Assembly: GCA_951406725.2 (NCBI GenBank)
Contig: OX597817.1
Span: forward strand, 64,108,001-64,172,000
Source: Octopus vulgaris
Lineage: Eukaryota
Reading direction: 5' to 3'
Length of the DNA: 64,000 nucleotides
Positions 13,111 through 26,095 of this stretch are shown in pieces. The notes under the pieces were generated by a model. That model did not search any database. It worked only from the letters and a program-made list of their open reading frames with translations, and was not told where the DNA came from. A program made the translations under genes and the position numbers. How positions within the stretch are numbered: the stretch's first letter is position 1; each line of letters opens with the position of its first letter.

Positions 13111-14416
13111 TATATTTGCTTATTCATACATACATACACACACACACATATATATATTTGCATATGCATGAACTACTTATCTATACATATCCATATTAAA
13201 TATTCATATTCACATGCATATGTATATACACACAAGCACACACACATGTTGGTATTTATACCTGTGTATGCATGCATCTCTTCTGTTTGCCAGACATTGA
13301 CTTCAGTCAGGATGCCACTGCACCTGTTCTGACCCTCTCCCCACCACTCCTTTATGTAGCTTACTAGTGTAGGACACACCTACTTCCCATCTATAGTGTC
13401 ACACATGAAGTACATCTGGGTGGCTATGTGTTGTGTTGGTGGATACATTGGACCACTTGTCAATTCACTCTACATTCACCTTCTGTATTTCTGTTGTCAC
13501 TGTTTGCCAGCATGTTTTTACTCCTTTTCTCCTATATATCTTGGGTTACTGTCATCGCTTTATCTCATAAATCACATAAACTTCTGTCACCCACCTGCCA
13601 TCTCAGTCGTGTAGCCTTGAATATCCCTGCCCTATCTCAGAGTACTGAGTACTCCTATCACTCTTATCTCTTACTCTGTAAAAGGTGGATGAGCAAGCAG
13701 GGACTTGGAGGTTGAGAGGGCCCTTTAGTCAAGTTGTGGTTACCTTATAGTGCTGTTGTCCCTGTTAAAGCGGGTGATATTAGGAAGGACATCCAGCTGT
13801 AGAAACTGAGGTTAGTTTCACCTGACTGGTCTGGGTGAGTAGGCCCCATACAACATACAACCCTTGTCAGCAGGGACAGCACAGCAGGTGTAAAATGATG
13901 ATAATATTTGTATGCATACACACATATGTATGTGCCAATATATATATATATATATCATCATCATCGTTTAACGTCAGTTTTCCATGCTAGCATGGGTAGG
14001 ACGGCTTGACCGAGGTCTGGGAAGCCAGGAGGCTGCACCAGGCTCCAGTCTGATCTGGCAGTATTTCTACAGCTGGATGCCCTTCCTAATGCCAGCCATT
14101 CCGTGAGTGTAGTGGGTGCTTTTTGCGTGCCACTGGCACAGGTGCCAGAGAGGCTGGCAACGTCCACGATCGGTTGGTGCTTCTTACGTGCCACCGGCAC
14201 AGAAGCCAGTCAAGATGGTGCTGGCGTGCAGTTACATATATCAATATAGTTTTTTACTTTGTATACATATTATCTACTTGTTACTATTCATATCCCTCAC
14301 TTCCATTATATATATGAAACCTGTTCGCTCATCTGTACATCTGACCTACAATACTTGAAAGACTGCTTATGTGTGTACATATGAATCACCTCCAGTTTTG
14401 TTGTATCTTGGGAGGT

Positions 14417-14783
14417 TCATTATGCCAATAATAAATGTGCACTGGTTCTATTTCATTCACTTTTATTATTATTAGTCAGTTGGCTAACATTTAACCAATT
14501 AACTAATTGATTGTTTGATTAATTGTTCGGTCAGTCTATCAATCAGCCATGTTTATCAAAGTCTTTTCATTGCTATTCGCAACCTCATCAATGACATGCC
14601 CTTCCTATTCCAGGTCAGCTTCAGGTCTGTCTGCTAATTAGATAAGATTTTGAATGGCAATAAAAGGATTTTGGTAAATCTAGCTGATTTACTGAACAAT
14701 TAATCAAACAATTGGTTTAATGTTAACTGACTAATAATAATAAATGAAATAGAACCACTGTGTTTATTATTAGTATGATAAAC
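14417..14783. mobile_element. Hairpin (fold-back) MITE
   Basis: Left arm ...GGTTCTATTTCATT...TTATTATTATTAGTCAGTT...TGTTTGATTAATTGTTC mirrors right arm GAACAATTAATCAAACA...AACTGACTAATAATAATAAATGAAATAGAACC. Confidence 0.75.
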
Positions 14784-16336
14784 AGATTTTGCTGTATAAT
14801 TATTGATTCATTATTAGTATAATGAATCTACAGTAATGCAGCAAAATGTGTTTCAATATACAAGATCACGTTGAGTATCTTGCAAACCAAATACAAAAAT
14901 AAAATCATCAATTTATGTTTGCTTTTCCATACTTAATTGAGTTGGATGGGTTTTTCTCTCATGCAGGGTCTCACCACTTACTGCAATCCTCTCCTTCATG
15001 AGATTCAGCCTTCTGAGATGATTTTCACCTCTTCTGCCCATGTCTGCATTGGACTTCCTCTTCCACAGATTGCTTCTACTTGTTTTGCTTGGTACTTCTC
15101 TAATTCAATTGTCATGCTGTGTACACATCACGTACCTATGCAAGCATAGTCTTATCTCTTGCACACTACATCTGACTTTACTCCCTGTTTTTCTCTCAGC
15201 TCATTTATGCTTCATTTTCATGCATACTAACATCTCATTTCCTGCAGAACATGCTCGTCCCATTTCTTTTTAGCCTTTGTACATTCAATGACTGGGTTTC
15301 ATTGTCTTGCAACATCATACTTCATACAATTTACTCTTCACTCAGAAAGAACTCCTTTGTTACCAAGAGAGATTGTAGCTCCCTAAAGTTTTTCTATCCT
15401 GCTTTTGCCCTGGCTACTATGCCTTCAGAGTACTCACCTCCTCTGCTAATTAAACTATGTAAGTAAGAGAAGCTATCAGTTACCTCTATGGAATCTTCCA
15501 AGCATTTGAAAGAATTTATTTACAGTTGCTTCTTACTGCTAACTACTCATGCAAAGTTTTCCTTCTCTGTCAGCTTACCTCTGATCCCACCATACTTCTT
15601 GTATAATCATGGTGTACATTTAATACACCTTATAGAATTACATAGCTGCTGCTCTCCTGCATGTTCAGTATTGTCACTTCTCAGATGGTAGTTGTCACAT
15701 GTACATACATAGATACATGCATATACACACAGGTGTGTGTGTGTGTGTGTGTCTATATATATGCTGTCCTTTATGTGCCAAGATGTACTCATATAATGCT
15801 GGGCTGAAAATTCATTTGTAATGAATGCACACTTGGGGAGCTGCTCTTGATGTGATTCTTGATAAAATTATGTGCAACATTTTTTAAAAAGTTTAAAACA
15901 AAATCAGAGCTAGGTAGAAACCCTATTAAACCTGTTAGACGTCTGCACTGAGAAAGTTGTTAAGCTTGAAATTGAGTTGCTGACTACTATGGTATGTATG
16001 TGTACATACATACTATGTGCATATTTTTGTGTAGACATATATGTATGTATTTCTATGTATGTGTAAGTGTGTATATATATTTGATTCATTTATTTTTATG
16101 TCAGTTTTCCATGCTAGTAGCTTAAGATGAATAAATATATTATTGAAGTGTTTAAATGTCCTTCCTGTCTCGAACTGTTGTTTTGCAAGTTAAGGATATC
16201 TTATTTCACTTGTCTTCCTTCAGTTCCTTCTCAAATTTCATACTGTTTTCCTATCTCCTTCTATTAGCATGAAAAATCGTTTTTTTCTTTTTTTTATTTG
16301 CGTTTATTAATATTAAATAGTTTTGTTTTATTCCAG

Positions 16337-16391
16337 GAGGAAAGCTGTGATTTGCTTGTCCCTGTTGAGGAAAACGAAATTTCCAAAATGG
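16337..16391 (+). CDS. ZRANB2: ZRANB2 exon carrying the putative start codon (ATG 16388-16390, plus 1 nt)
   Basis: Pyrimidine tract and TTCCAG acceptor; CCAAAATGG initiation context; GTAATT donor at 16392; phase 1 matches the next exon (ATG G|AT = M-D). Confidence 0.65.
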
Positions 16392-17029
16392 GTAATTATA
16401 ATTATTCTTCAAAAACATTTTTCATTTATTGTGATTTATTTTTTTAAAGATTTGCTACAAACACTCACTTTCTCAAGTGGGTCACTTATAGCTGTTCAAG
16501 CAAAAAACAATGTCTACAACACCTGGAGAATCTCATTAACTCCTCCAAACCAAGAATTGTTTACCCAGCAATGCAGCTCTTCCAAATCCACTATACAGAC
16601 TGCTGAAGATGCCTTTCTTCATTGCACACCCCTCATGCTTACATTGTAATCTTAAGAAATCTGTGGAAGAATCAAACATCAAACAAAATACCTTGTGGTA
16701 TTGACTATCTCATGTTTTGAGTGTAAAATCTTCTTGAGTCAGCTTTGCCCTTCCTCCTCCTGAGATTAAGTAGTTATCAGAGAAAGTACTGAGATCAATA
16801 TAATCAATGACAGCTCTTGATGGCAATATCCCAGCTTGGCCACAGTCCAATGGCTGAAACCAGTTAGTTCTCACTATCAGCCACTATCAGTCCAAGGATT
16901 GTGTCTGGTCATGAAATTCTATGTTACAATACGTGGCTAAGTATGTGACAAAAATTACTATTATCCTGTACACACAAAAAATAAAATACGAGTAATTCTG
17001 ATCACTTTACATCTTGAGGTAGTGAGAAT

Positions 17030-17320
17030 TATCTTGTTTTAGTCATTTGGTCGTGGCCATGCTGGGGCACTGCCTTGCAAGGTTTTAATTGAACAAATCA
17101 ACCCTAGGACTTATTTTTTTAGGTCTAGTACTTATTCTATCTGTCTGTTTTGTCAAACTGCTAAGTTACAAGGACATAAACTGTCTACCAATTCCACACA
17201 GAAGGCTTTGGTCAGCCTAAGACTATAGTAAGAGACACTTGTCCAAGGTGCCATACAGTGGGACTGAACACAGACCCATGTGATTGGGAAGCAAGCTTCT
17301 TACCACACAGCCATGCCTAT
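17030..17320 (-). mobile_element. tRNA-derived SINE (family B)
   Basis: Reverse complement reads GGCATGGCTGTGTGGTAAGAAGCTTGCTTCCCAA...TTCAGTCCCACTG..GGCACCTTGG; copies at ~35-165, 1070-1200, 3690-3820, 21170-21550, 22200-22590, 38590-38980, 43200-43540, 52150-52420. Confidence 0.75.
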
Positions 17321-18155
17321 ATATATTTATTTTGGAGTTACTTCAAAATAAAATGTCATGGATAACGTCAAAACATTAGTACTGAGTCCCCTCATTGCCA
17401 GATCAACCCGGTGCAGCCTCCTAGCTTTCCAGACCCAAGTCGAACCATCCAACCCATGCCAGCATGGAAAACGGACGTTAAACGATGATGATGATACACA
17501 CACACCTACACACATATTCACATATGTAATAAAAGAAGGAAAATGCACATAGTTTTGATATATTTTAAATGAAAGAGTATTGTTGTTGACTGCTTTTGCT
17601 AATTGTGACATTGAAATTATTGTAATTTCGTATTTTCTTAAGATTTTAGCCCATGTTCTTGTATGAATGTTTGTGAATGAATCAACAAGTAGAAAAATCA
17701 AGTAGATAAATGAAAATTTATTTATTAAAAACTACTAAACACACCTAAATACAAATGCTTAACCAACTTTGGTTTCAGTATATATTTTAATTCATGATCA
17801 CATATCCATCACTTCATATTTCATCTCACTACTTTCGCTTATGAGTTTTTGTATGTTTATTTATCCCACCCCGAAAATAAGCAATTACCTCCCTTGTCCC
17901 GTGTAATAACTATCACCAATTACCTCCCCTTATATTTTTCTACTTGCTGATTCAGTCACAAACTTTCATACAAGAACATGGACTAAAGTTTTCTTAATAC
18001 AAAATTACAATAATTTCAATATCATGATTAGCGAAAGTAAAACTGGTCGACAACTACAATACTCTTTCATTTAAAATATATCAAAACTATGTAAACTGTA
18101 TATTGCATTATGACTCACCATGTGGGGATAATCGAAATTCTCTTCCTCCTTTTTC

Positions 18156-18194
<39 letters not shown>

Positions 18195-18199
18195 TCATA

Positions 18200-18340
18200 C
18201 ATAGTTAATCCAAACATGAACAAAGAGAAAACACAACAACGCGAGGACATGGAACAAATATAGTGTTATTGGACGCTCAGGAAAGGAAAGAAAGAAGGAG
18301 GATTTAACATTTCGGGCAGAGCTCTTCGTCAGAAACATAA
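18200..18340 (-). mobile_element. Penelope-like element terminal-repeat fragment with degenerate hammerhead core
   Basis: Minus strand GTTTCTGACGAAGAGCTCTGCCCGAAATGTTAAA (CUGANGA-stem-GAAA). Confidence 0.5.
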
Positions 18341-19836
18341 TAAAATCGCCAACGTAACACACATGGTCACATACATACATACATACATACGCATGCATGC
18401 ACACACACACAAACACTAACACAACTTGTAATCTAATTCCTATGAAAGTTATCAGGAAGCCATAAACAGGGATTAATTATTGACAACCAACCTGGATGCT
18501 TTAGTTTGTTTGGTAATTATATCGAAATCTTATTTGGGTCAGTCTCACCATTAATCTCTTGTGGCTCAATAAAATCAGTCGTTGTGATGTTGGTTCAACC
18601 CAATTGATTATATCTCCTTTTTCAACAAAGACTTGCCTTGGCTATAATGAACTGGAAATATTCTATGACTCAGAGCTCTTGGTCTTATTTGTTCTGGTTG
18701 ATGGTGTGATAGCAGACAGCAACCTGTTAGAGGTCTCACAAGATCTCTTTCCACAACCTATAAGCTTTGCTACTTGGATCTTAACTTATTGTGGAAGACA
18801 CTCAACACCCAAACACCAATCTCAAAATCCTAGCTGTCCCCAAGAGACCAGTTATTTTGGGCCTGCTCTGTCCTCATGTCACTTCCAATTTCTCCCAATA
18901 GAATTAAATTATTGTTGTTGTAAGAAATGACTATAAAGCTGCAATAGATCATCACTACTGCCATCAGTATTACTGACATCACCATGATCCACATTACCAC
19001 CACCATCATCATCATCACTATTGCTATGATCTCTTATCATCATCATCATTGAGCAGTGTATTTTCCAAGAATACAGACCAAATGGCCAGGTAGATATTGT
19101 CAGATAATTATCTCATTTCATTACTACCATCTCTGCCTTCTTTCTAATTACTCCCATTCTTATAAAATGTTGGGTAGCCTTGTATCTCCTCTATGACAAG
19201 ACACCTATGCTTGTCCTTCGGTCATGTTTTATCCTTTCAACTCTTGGCATAATACCACTACCCCATTCAAATACTTGCTCCAACTTAGCTGAAAGGGCTT
19301 TTTCCTGTTCTTTTCTCATCTTGCAAGTTACTAGGTGCCCTCTCTAGTGCTGGTGGCACCAAAAAAAAAAGCACCTGGTACACACTATAAAGTGGCTGGC
19401 ATTAGGAAAGAGAGGGCATCCAGTCATAGAAACCATGCCAAAGCTGACATTGGAGCTTAATGTAGCCCTGTGGTTTGTTGTACTCTATCAAACTACCCAA
19501 CCCCTGCTGGCATTGAAAAAGGACATTAAATGATGATTATGTAAGTTCAAATTTACTGCATATGTTTCATTGTGTTTCTTCAGCACAGGACACACATTCA
19601 TCCTTTAATACATTTAAAAACTTTTTCTGGGAGAACTACTTGCTTAGGTTGTCATCATCTATGGAGTTACAAAAACTGGAATCACAGTTCTATATATCTT
19701 TGTGATTCTTAACAGAATTAACTGTTGTTTTATTCCAAGCCAACTTTGATTAATCAAATATGATCAAAAACAGTGTATCTTCTGGTGAATATCTAGGATT
19801 ATATCATCTAATGTGTGTCATTCCTTTGGTTTATAA

Positions 19837-20119
19837 CAGTGGTTCCCAAAGTGGGCAGTATTGGCCCCTTGGAGAATTGCAAAGATCTTGGGGCCGGGGC
19901 ATTAAAGAAAAGTGGGATGATAATGGGGTGGCCAAAATGGGGTGATAGATGTAAAAAAAACATTAATAGGTTAATTAAGTTTGAGTTTTATTTGTGAAAT
20001 ACAGTTGTTTTGAATTTGCCACAGAAAGTGGTCTATATTTGTGATGGTGAGGGGGGCGAGCTAGGAGTGTGGCCTAGATGCCAAGTGGGCAGTAACCTGG
20101 AAAAGTTTGATAACTACTG
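19837..20119. mobile_element. hAT-like MITE
   Basis: Termini CAGTGGTTCCCAAA / TTTGATAACTACTG; 8-bp flanks GTTTATAA vs CTTTATTA (6/8 match, degenerate TSD). Confidence 0.65.
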
Positions 20120-20667
20120 CTTTATTAGACAGAATATTGTGTTTTGAGATAGTCATCTACTATTTCTAGCAGGTTGAGAAGTTTCCTTGTTGGCTCAATT
20201 TTATCATAAACATTATCTGGTAACACTTCTGATTTAGTGTTTGAGATTTTGAACCTTGCTGTAAAATAAGTTTAGTCTCAGGTCATCTCTGACCAAGCAG
20301 ACATGATCAGAGATGTTCCAGTTGTGATCATCTCTTCCTTTTTTCCTTTCATTTTACAGACATTATCTATTGTACTTTTCTTTGTTGTGTACCTTCAGCT
20401 CAGCCCTTATCAAGCTGATTTATGATTAGAGTTCTAGCAGTGATCAACCTACTTTTCTCCTTTTTTCTAGAATAGTGTACCTTGGGTTAAATTGTCCAAA
20501 GCTCTTTTATTTTTTTGAGACAGAAGGGTGTGATTTGAGTGAAATTTAGTTTCCATATCCAGCAGGTTGCATATTTACTTATTGGCTACCCCATTAGTTT
20601 GCCAAATAGTGTTTATACTGTGTTTTCTTATGTCTCAAATCTAATTCTAAAACTCTTTGTTCTTTAG

Positions 20668-20773
20668 ATAAAAAGGAAATTGTCTCGTACAAAAAAGGTG
20701 GCACGGAGATTGGCAAGGCAATGGCAGAAAAAAGCAGGGGTCTATTTAGTGCTGATGACTGGCAGTGTAAAAG
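20668..20773 (+). CDS. ZRANB2: ZRANB2 exon: DKKEIVSYKKGGTEIGKAMAEKSRGLFSADDWQCK
   Basis: TTTAG acceptor, GTAAG donor; matches the ZRANB2 linker and finger start GGTEIGK..AEKSRGLFSAxDWQCK. Confidence 0.95.
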
Positions 20774-23302
20774 GTAAGCTGATAAATTTGTTATAAAGCT
20801 TTTGTTATTATAAGTAAATTGCTATATTTTCAGCATTACCAAGGTGAAGTTTAGTAAAAGGGTGGTGTCATTGTTTGACCCCTACCCCCACCTATGATCA
20901 TCACGTCTTTTTAGAGGTGTCTTATTGCTATTTCTAGCAGGTCATGGGACCATATAGAAACACCCTTATTGGCTTGACCATCTGAAATATGTTTTAATTA
21001 GATTTTAATTTAAACATGAATACTTTAATACAAGTACTGTCAAGCAAAATTGATATTAAAAGGGTCAAACTTGTATTACAAACTTGACTCTTGTCAATTT
21101 TTGGATATATACAGGGAGTTAGGGCAGAAGGGTTTTTTTTTTGTATTTTTTTTTAATAATTAGTTATCCTTCTTAGGTGTGGTTGTATTGTCAGAAGTTT
21201 GCTTCAGTCCCACTGCATGGAACCTTGTGCAAGTGTCTCCTACTATACATTTTGGTTGATTAAAACCTTATGAGTGGATTTGGTGGACAGAAACTGAAAG
21301 AACCCATCGCATATATGCATGCATACGTATGAGTTTGTGTATATGTATGTGTGTTATTGTCTCCTTACCCTAACTTGATGTGACAGTTGTAAACAAATGC
21401 CACCTTAAGGCAAACATGTCTGGTCATGGGGAATGTTGTGTTACTTGGAAACAGGTGATGGTTGGCAACAGGAAAGGCATCCAGCTGTAGAAAATTCACC
21501 TCAACAAATTCCATCCGATCCATACAAACACCTAAAAGTGAACATTAAATGATGATAATGACTACTGACCTCTCTGTTGTAATCATCATTTGATGATTGT
21601 CCTTATTACTGAACCGCTCAGTCCTGAAGTAGAAGTAACCTTTTCAGACAGACTGGTATAAATATAGTGTTTCTTGTCTAGAGACACAAAATAATGGGTG
21701 TTTTTATCATCATCATCATCATTTAACATCTGTTTTCCATGCTGACATTGGTTAGACAAAGTGATGGTTTGTTGCCAACTTAATGTGGCAGTCCCAGGAA
21801 AGGGAAAAATGCTACTGCTATTTAGCCCCAGGAAACACAGTTTCCAGTTGGCCATGTGACACAAGCAACAAACCATTACTTTATCATGCTGCTACTGTAT
21901 AAATCAGAAATGTAATATTACTAAAATTGGTTAGATAGTTTGACTGAAAAGTGGTAAGCTGGGGAGCTGCACCATATTTCATTCTGATTTGGCATGGTTT
22001 CTACAGCTGGATGCCCTTCCTAACACCAACCACTCCAAGAATGTAGTGGGTGCTTTTACGTGCCACCTGCACAGGTGGGGTGGGGGGTATTTTTCTTTTG
22101 TTATTTTTTTTTTGTCATGGATTAGTGTGTGGGCAGGGTCCCAACCTGCATGTCTAGTGCGAAACACAGCTGACGCTTAGCTTGAGCATCTTTAATTTTG
22201 TTTCAGCTGTTGGACTATGGCCATGCTGGGCATCCTTTGAAAAGTTTGGTTGAACAGATTAATCCCAGGACTTATTTTTTAAGTCAAACACTTAATCAGT
22301 TTATATTGTTTGTTGAACCACTAAGTTATAGGGATGTAAACAATTCAACACGGTTGTCAAACAGTAAGTGGAGAGCAAACACACACATACATATACATAA
22401 ACACACATATGTATACACACACACACACAATACAATTGAATTCTAAACTGTTTTTGTTTACCAAATTCATTCACAAGGCATTAGTTGACCCAGGGCTATA
22501 GTATAAGACAGTTGCCCAAGGTGCTGCACAGTGGGACTGAACCTGAATCCATATCATTACCAAGCTAATTTCTTAACCACACAGTCATGTCTAAAAGAAA
22601 AACAAACAGAAACTCTTGCAACAGCCACTTGTCTTTATGAATGAATAAATGAATTCTTAACTTAATGGCACACATTTCCCATCTAATGTTGGTGTTATTG
22701 CTCTTGTTTAGTCATATCTGCGATCAATGCATTGCAGCTGTTACCATCCTTTTTTTTTTCCTTGAAACATTGCATTTAATATATTATCCATTGTGCAACC
22801 ACTCTCTTTTTTTAAAGATTTGATTGCTCTTTCTGTCAAGTTGAATGACTATGTAGAGGCTCCTTCCTTGGTGTTGGTATCTGTACTGTCTGTGATATCT
22901 TTGCATGCATCTGGGCATTTATTCAGTGTGAAACATATATAATGCTGACAGAGCTCCAGTAAGCTGAGAATTCAGCTGAACACTAAAAATATCAACTAAT
23001 GTATGTAAGAGACGGCTGTTCTGGTGTGGACCTGTAATATAACTGGATGCTGAGTGATGAATGTAAAAATACTGGTTTTGAATGGAAGAAATTTTGTCAG
23101 AGGAAGAGTTGGAAAGAAGTGGTGGGTCAGCTCTCAGAATGTTACTCCTCACAGACAAATTAACTGAGGTATGAGGGCTGGAGATATGATCTCTGTTAAA
23201 AAAAATATTTCTAAACCTATTGTCTTATAGATAAAAGACTTTTATGCAGAACTCTGAAGAAAATTGTTGATTATCTGTTGTTTTTTCTGTGGTGCTATCT
23301 AG

Positions 23303-23385
23303 TTGTGGTAATGTGAACTGGGCTCGAAGGACAGCTTGTAACATGTGCAATGCTCCGAAATATGGCAGGATTGAACCACGAACGG
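23303..23385 (+). CDS. ZRANB2: ZRANB2 exon: (S)CGNVNWARRTACNMCNAPKYGRIEPRT, RanBP2-type zinc finger
   Basis: CTAG acceptor, GTAAG donor, phases 2/1 consistent; W-x-C-x2-C-x3-N-W-A-R-R-x2-C-N-M-C signature of ZRANB2 finger 2. Confidence 0.95.
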
Positions 23386-24270
23386 GTAAGTGTGGTTTTT
23401 ATTTATTTATTAGTTTTTTTTTCTATTGTTGTTGATTAATCTGTATTGTTTCTAAGTTATTTAATTCTGTTTTCCTAATAGAATTTTGTTTTATTAGAAA
23501 CTGAAAAAACTAACTGGGTCATTTTATCAGTTTAGTAAAAAAGCTAAAATTGAGGTGTACCTTGAAAAGAAAGTTTCTCTGGTGGAGAGCTTTCCCCCAA
23601 ATTTGTTTGTTCTATTGATGTCCATATTTCTATGCTATTATGAGTTGAATAGGGACTACTTAAGGCAGCATTTTATGGCTAGCTACCCTTCTTATTAATC
23701 ATTTTTATATAAAGTTTTTTTTTTTATTCCTCTGATTTTTGAAAGCATAGAATAACTGGAAATGATGTCAATAAGGATTATAAACAGTTGTGCACTTGTG
23801 CAGGCACATAAACTAATGCACACATACACATAATAGACTTCTGTAAAGTTTCTTTGTACCAGTTTCATTCAGAAGGCTTTGTAGTAGTTGCATGGGTTGG
23901 ATTGTTTGATCAGGGCTGGCAAGTTGCACCAGACTCCAGTCTGATATGGCATGGTTTTTTACAGCTGGATACCCTTCCTAAAGCCAACCACTCTGAGAGT
24001 GTAATAGGTGCTTTTACGTGCCACCAGCACGGGTGCCATTTACATGACACCGGTATCTGCCACGATTGCAATTTTACTTGGCTTGATGGCTACATTCAGA
24101 AGGCTATAGTAGAAGACACTTGTCGAGTGTATCTTATAGTGGGATTGAACCCCAAAACATATGGTTGCAGAGTTAACTTCTTAACCACACAACCATGTAT
24201 ATTATGTGTTTATGATGATAGCAATGATGATTTTAACCTGTTTTTGTTTCCTTTTTCTTTTCATATTCAG

Positions 24271-24350
24271 GTTATGGTGGTGGTTATATGGAAAGAGATG
24301 AAGTAGTAGAATACATCAAAAGGAATGAGTCTGATGATGAATATGATGAA
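24271..24350 (+). CDS. ZRANB2: ZRANB2 exon: GYGGGYMERDEVVEYIKRNESDDEYDE
   Basis: TTCAG acceptor, GTAAG donor; homologous to GYGGGFNERENVEYIEREESDGEYDE. Confidence 0.95.
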
Positions 24351-25924
24351 GTAAGTTGGGACTAATAGTTCAGCACCAACCTCTGTCCATTTGTCCGTTA
24401 TAAACTATTGTTGTCTGTTAGTTTTGCTGAATGTTATTTTCTTGCATTGCATAGAATATTTCATGTTAATGTGTGTGTGTATACATAATCATCATCATTT
24501 AACATCTGTTTATCATGTTAGCATGGGTTGAACTGTTTGATTGGAGTTGGTAAGCCGGAGAGCTGTACCAGGCTCCAGCTGTCTATTTTGGCATGGTTCC
24601 TATGGCTGGATGCTCTTCCTAATATCCAGTAGGAGACAGAAAGTTAGAGAGAAATAAAGTGAGTCAGAGTGAGAGAGAGAGAGAGAGAGAAAGAAACAGG
24701 TGGTTTTGGAGATGTATTAGGGCTTGCTTACAAGGAACAGTGGTGGTGGGGCATAAGTAGTATAGAGGGAATAGAGGGGTATATTTAGAGATGGGGAAGA
24801 CATGACTAGCAAGTGATAGTGAGGAAAATTGGAGTGGCTGAGACAGAAATAAGGAAGATGTGGGAGGACATGGAAAGTGTGCAGATAGGCATATGAAAGA
24901 GAGTTAAGGGGCATGCAGCAGGTATTAAAATGTGTTGACAGAGGTCAGATAATTGTGTGTGTGGTAGTGGACATGGCTGTAAAGAACATGTATGTGTGGA
25001 TGGCCATGATTTCACTTAGCTTGACATGTCTTCTCAAGCCCAGCAAATCACCAGAAGTCACTTGTCATCTTCCTGGGTCTATTCCTTCTTCAGGTCCCCT
25101 CCACTATTAAAGATCAACACTTCTTTATGCAGCTGTCATCATCCATATGTATCTCATGACAATACCAGCGCAGTCATCTCTCAAGCACACTACATCTGAT
25201 GCCTCTTATAACCAATCTTTTTCTTAAAACATATGCACATATGCACATCCAGTGGAGCATGCTGGCTTAATTGCTTTCAAGCCTTTGCTTGTCCTCTGCA
25301 GTCACAGCCCATATTTCACTGGCATGTAGCATGGCTGTACATATACAGGCATCATCCAATCTGCCTTTCACTTTGAGGGAGAGGCCCTTTGTTACCAAAA
25401 AAAAGGTAGTAATTCTCTGAACTTTGCCCATGCTCTCACCTTCTCCCATCCCAGCCACTCCAATTTCCCTCTCCCAGGGTTTGTAGTCCTGCAAGAGGCA
25501 CTAAAAAAGGCACCCAGTACAATGCTGTAAGGTGGTTGGCATTAAAAAAGACATCCAGCTGTAGAAACCATACCAAAGCAGAGATTGGAGCACAATGTAG
25601 TTCTTTGACTCATTGGATACTGTCAAACTGTCCAGCTCATTCTAGCCTGGAACATAAACATTAAATGATGATGATAATGATTGTGTGTGTGTGTGTGTAT
25701 CTGAGACTAAGATTTACTGACTTAATAAATATAGTCAGTTTTACAAATTTAACATTTTTTTTAACGTCAGTTGGCCTTTCTGACTGTGGTAGAAACACAT
25801 GTTACAGATTGTTCCTTTCTGGTTAGATTGTAAGATGCTGGTGATAGTTTTATTTTCTCTTTGTTGCTTCTATGGTTTGTCGACATCTCTTCATGTCATT
25901 GTTTATTTATTTCTCCATTTTTAG

Positions 25925-26095
25925 TTTGGACGTAAAAAGAAAAAGTTCCGAAAAGCTGATGATGAAAAAGATAAGGCAACCATACCAAAAGATACTGCTC
26001 GTAGTGTTGATGAGGATGACAATAAAGAGGAGGAAGAGGATGATGAAGATGAGGATGGAGCTGGTGATGTATCAAAGTACAAACTGGACTCTGAG
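25925..26095 (+). CDS. ZRANB2: ZRANB2 exon: FGRKKKKFRK...acidic region...SKYKLDSE
   Basis: TTTAG acceptor, GTAAA donor, 171 nt, phase 0; NLS-like FGRKKKK and SKYKL motif. Confidence 0.93.
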
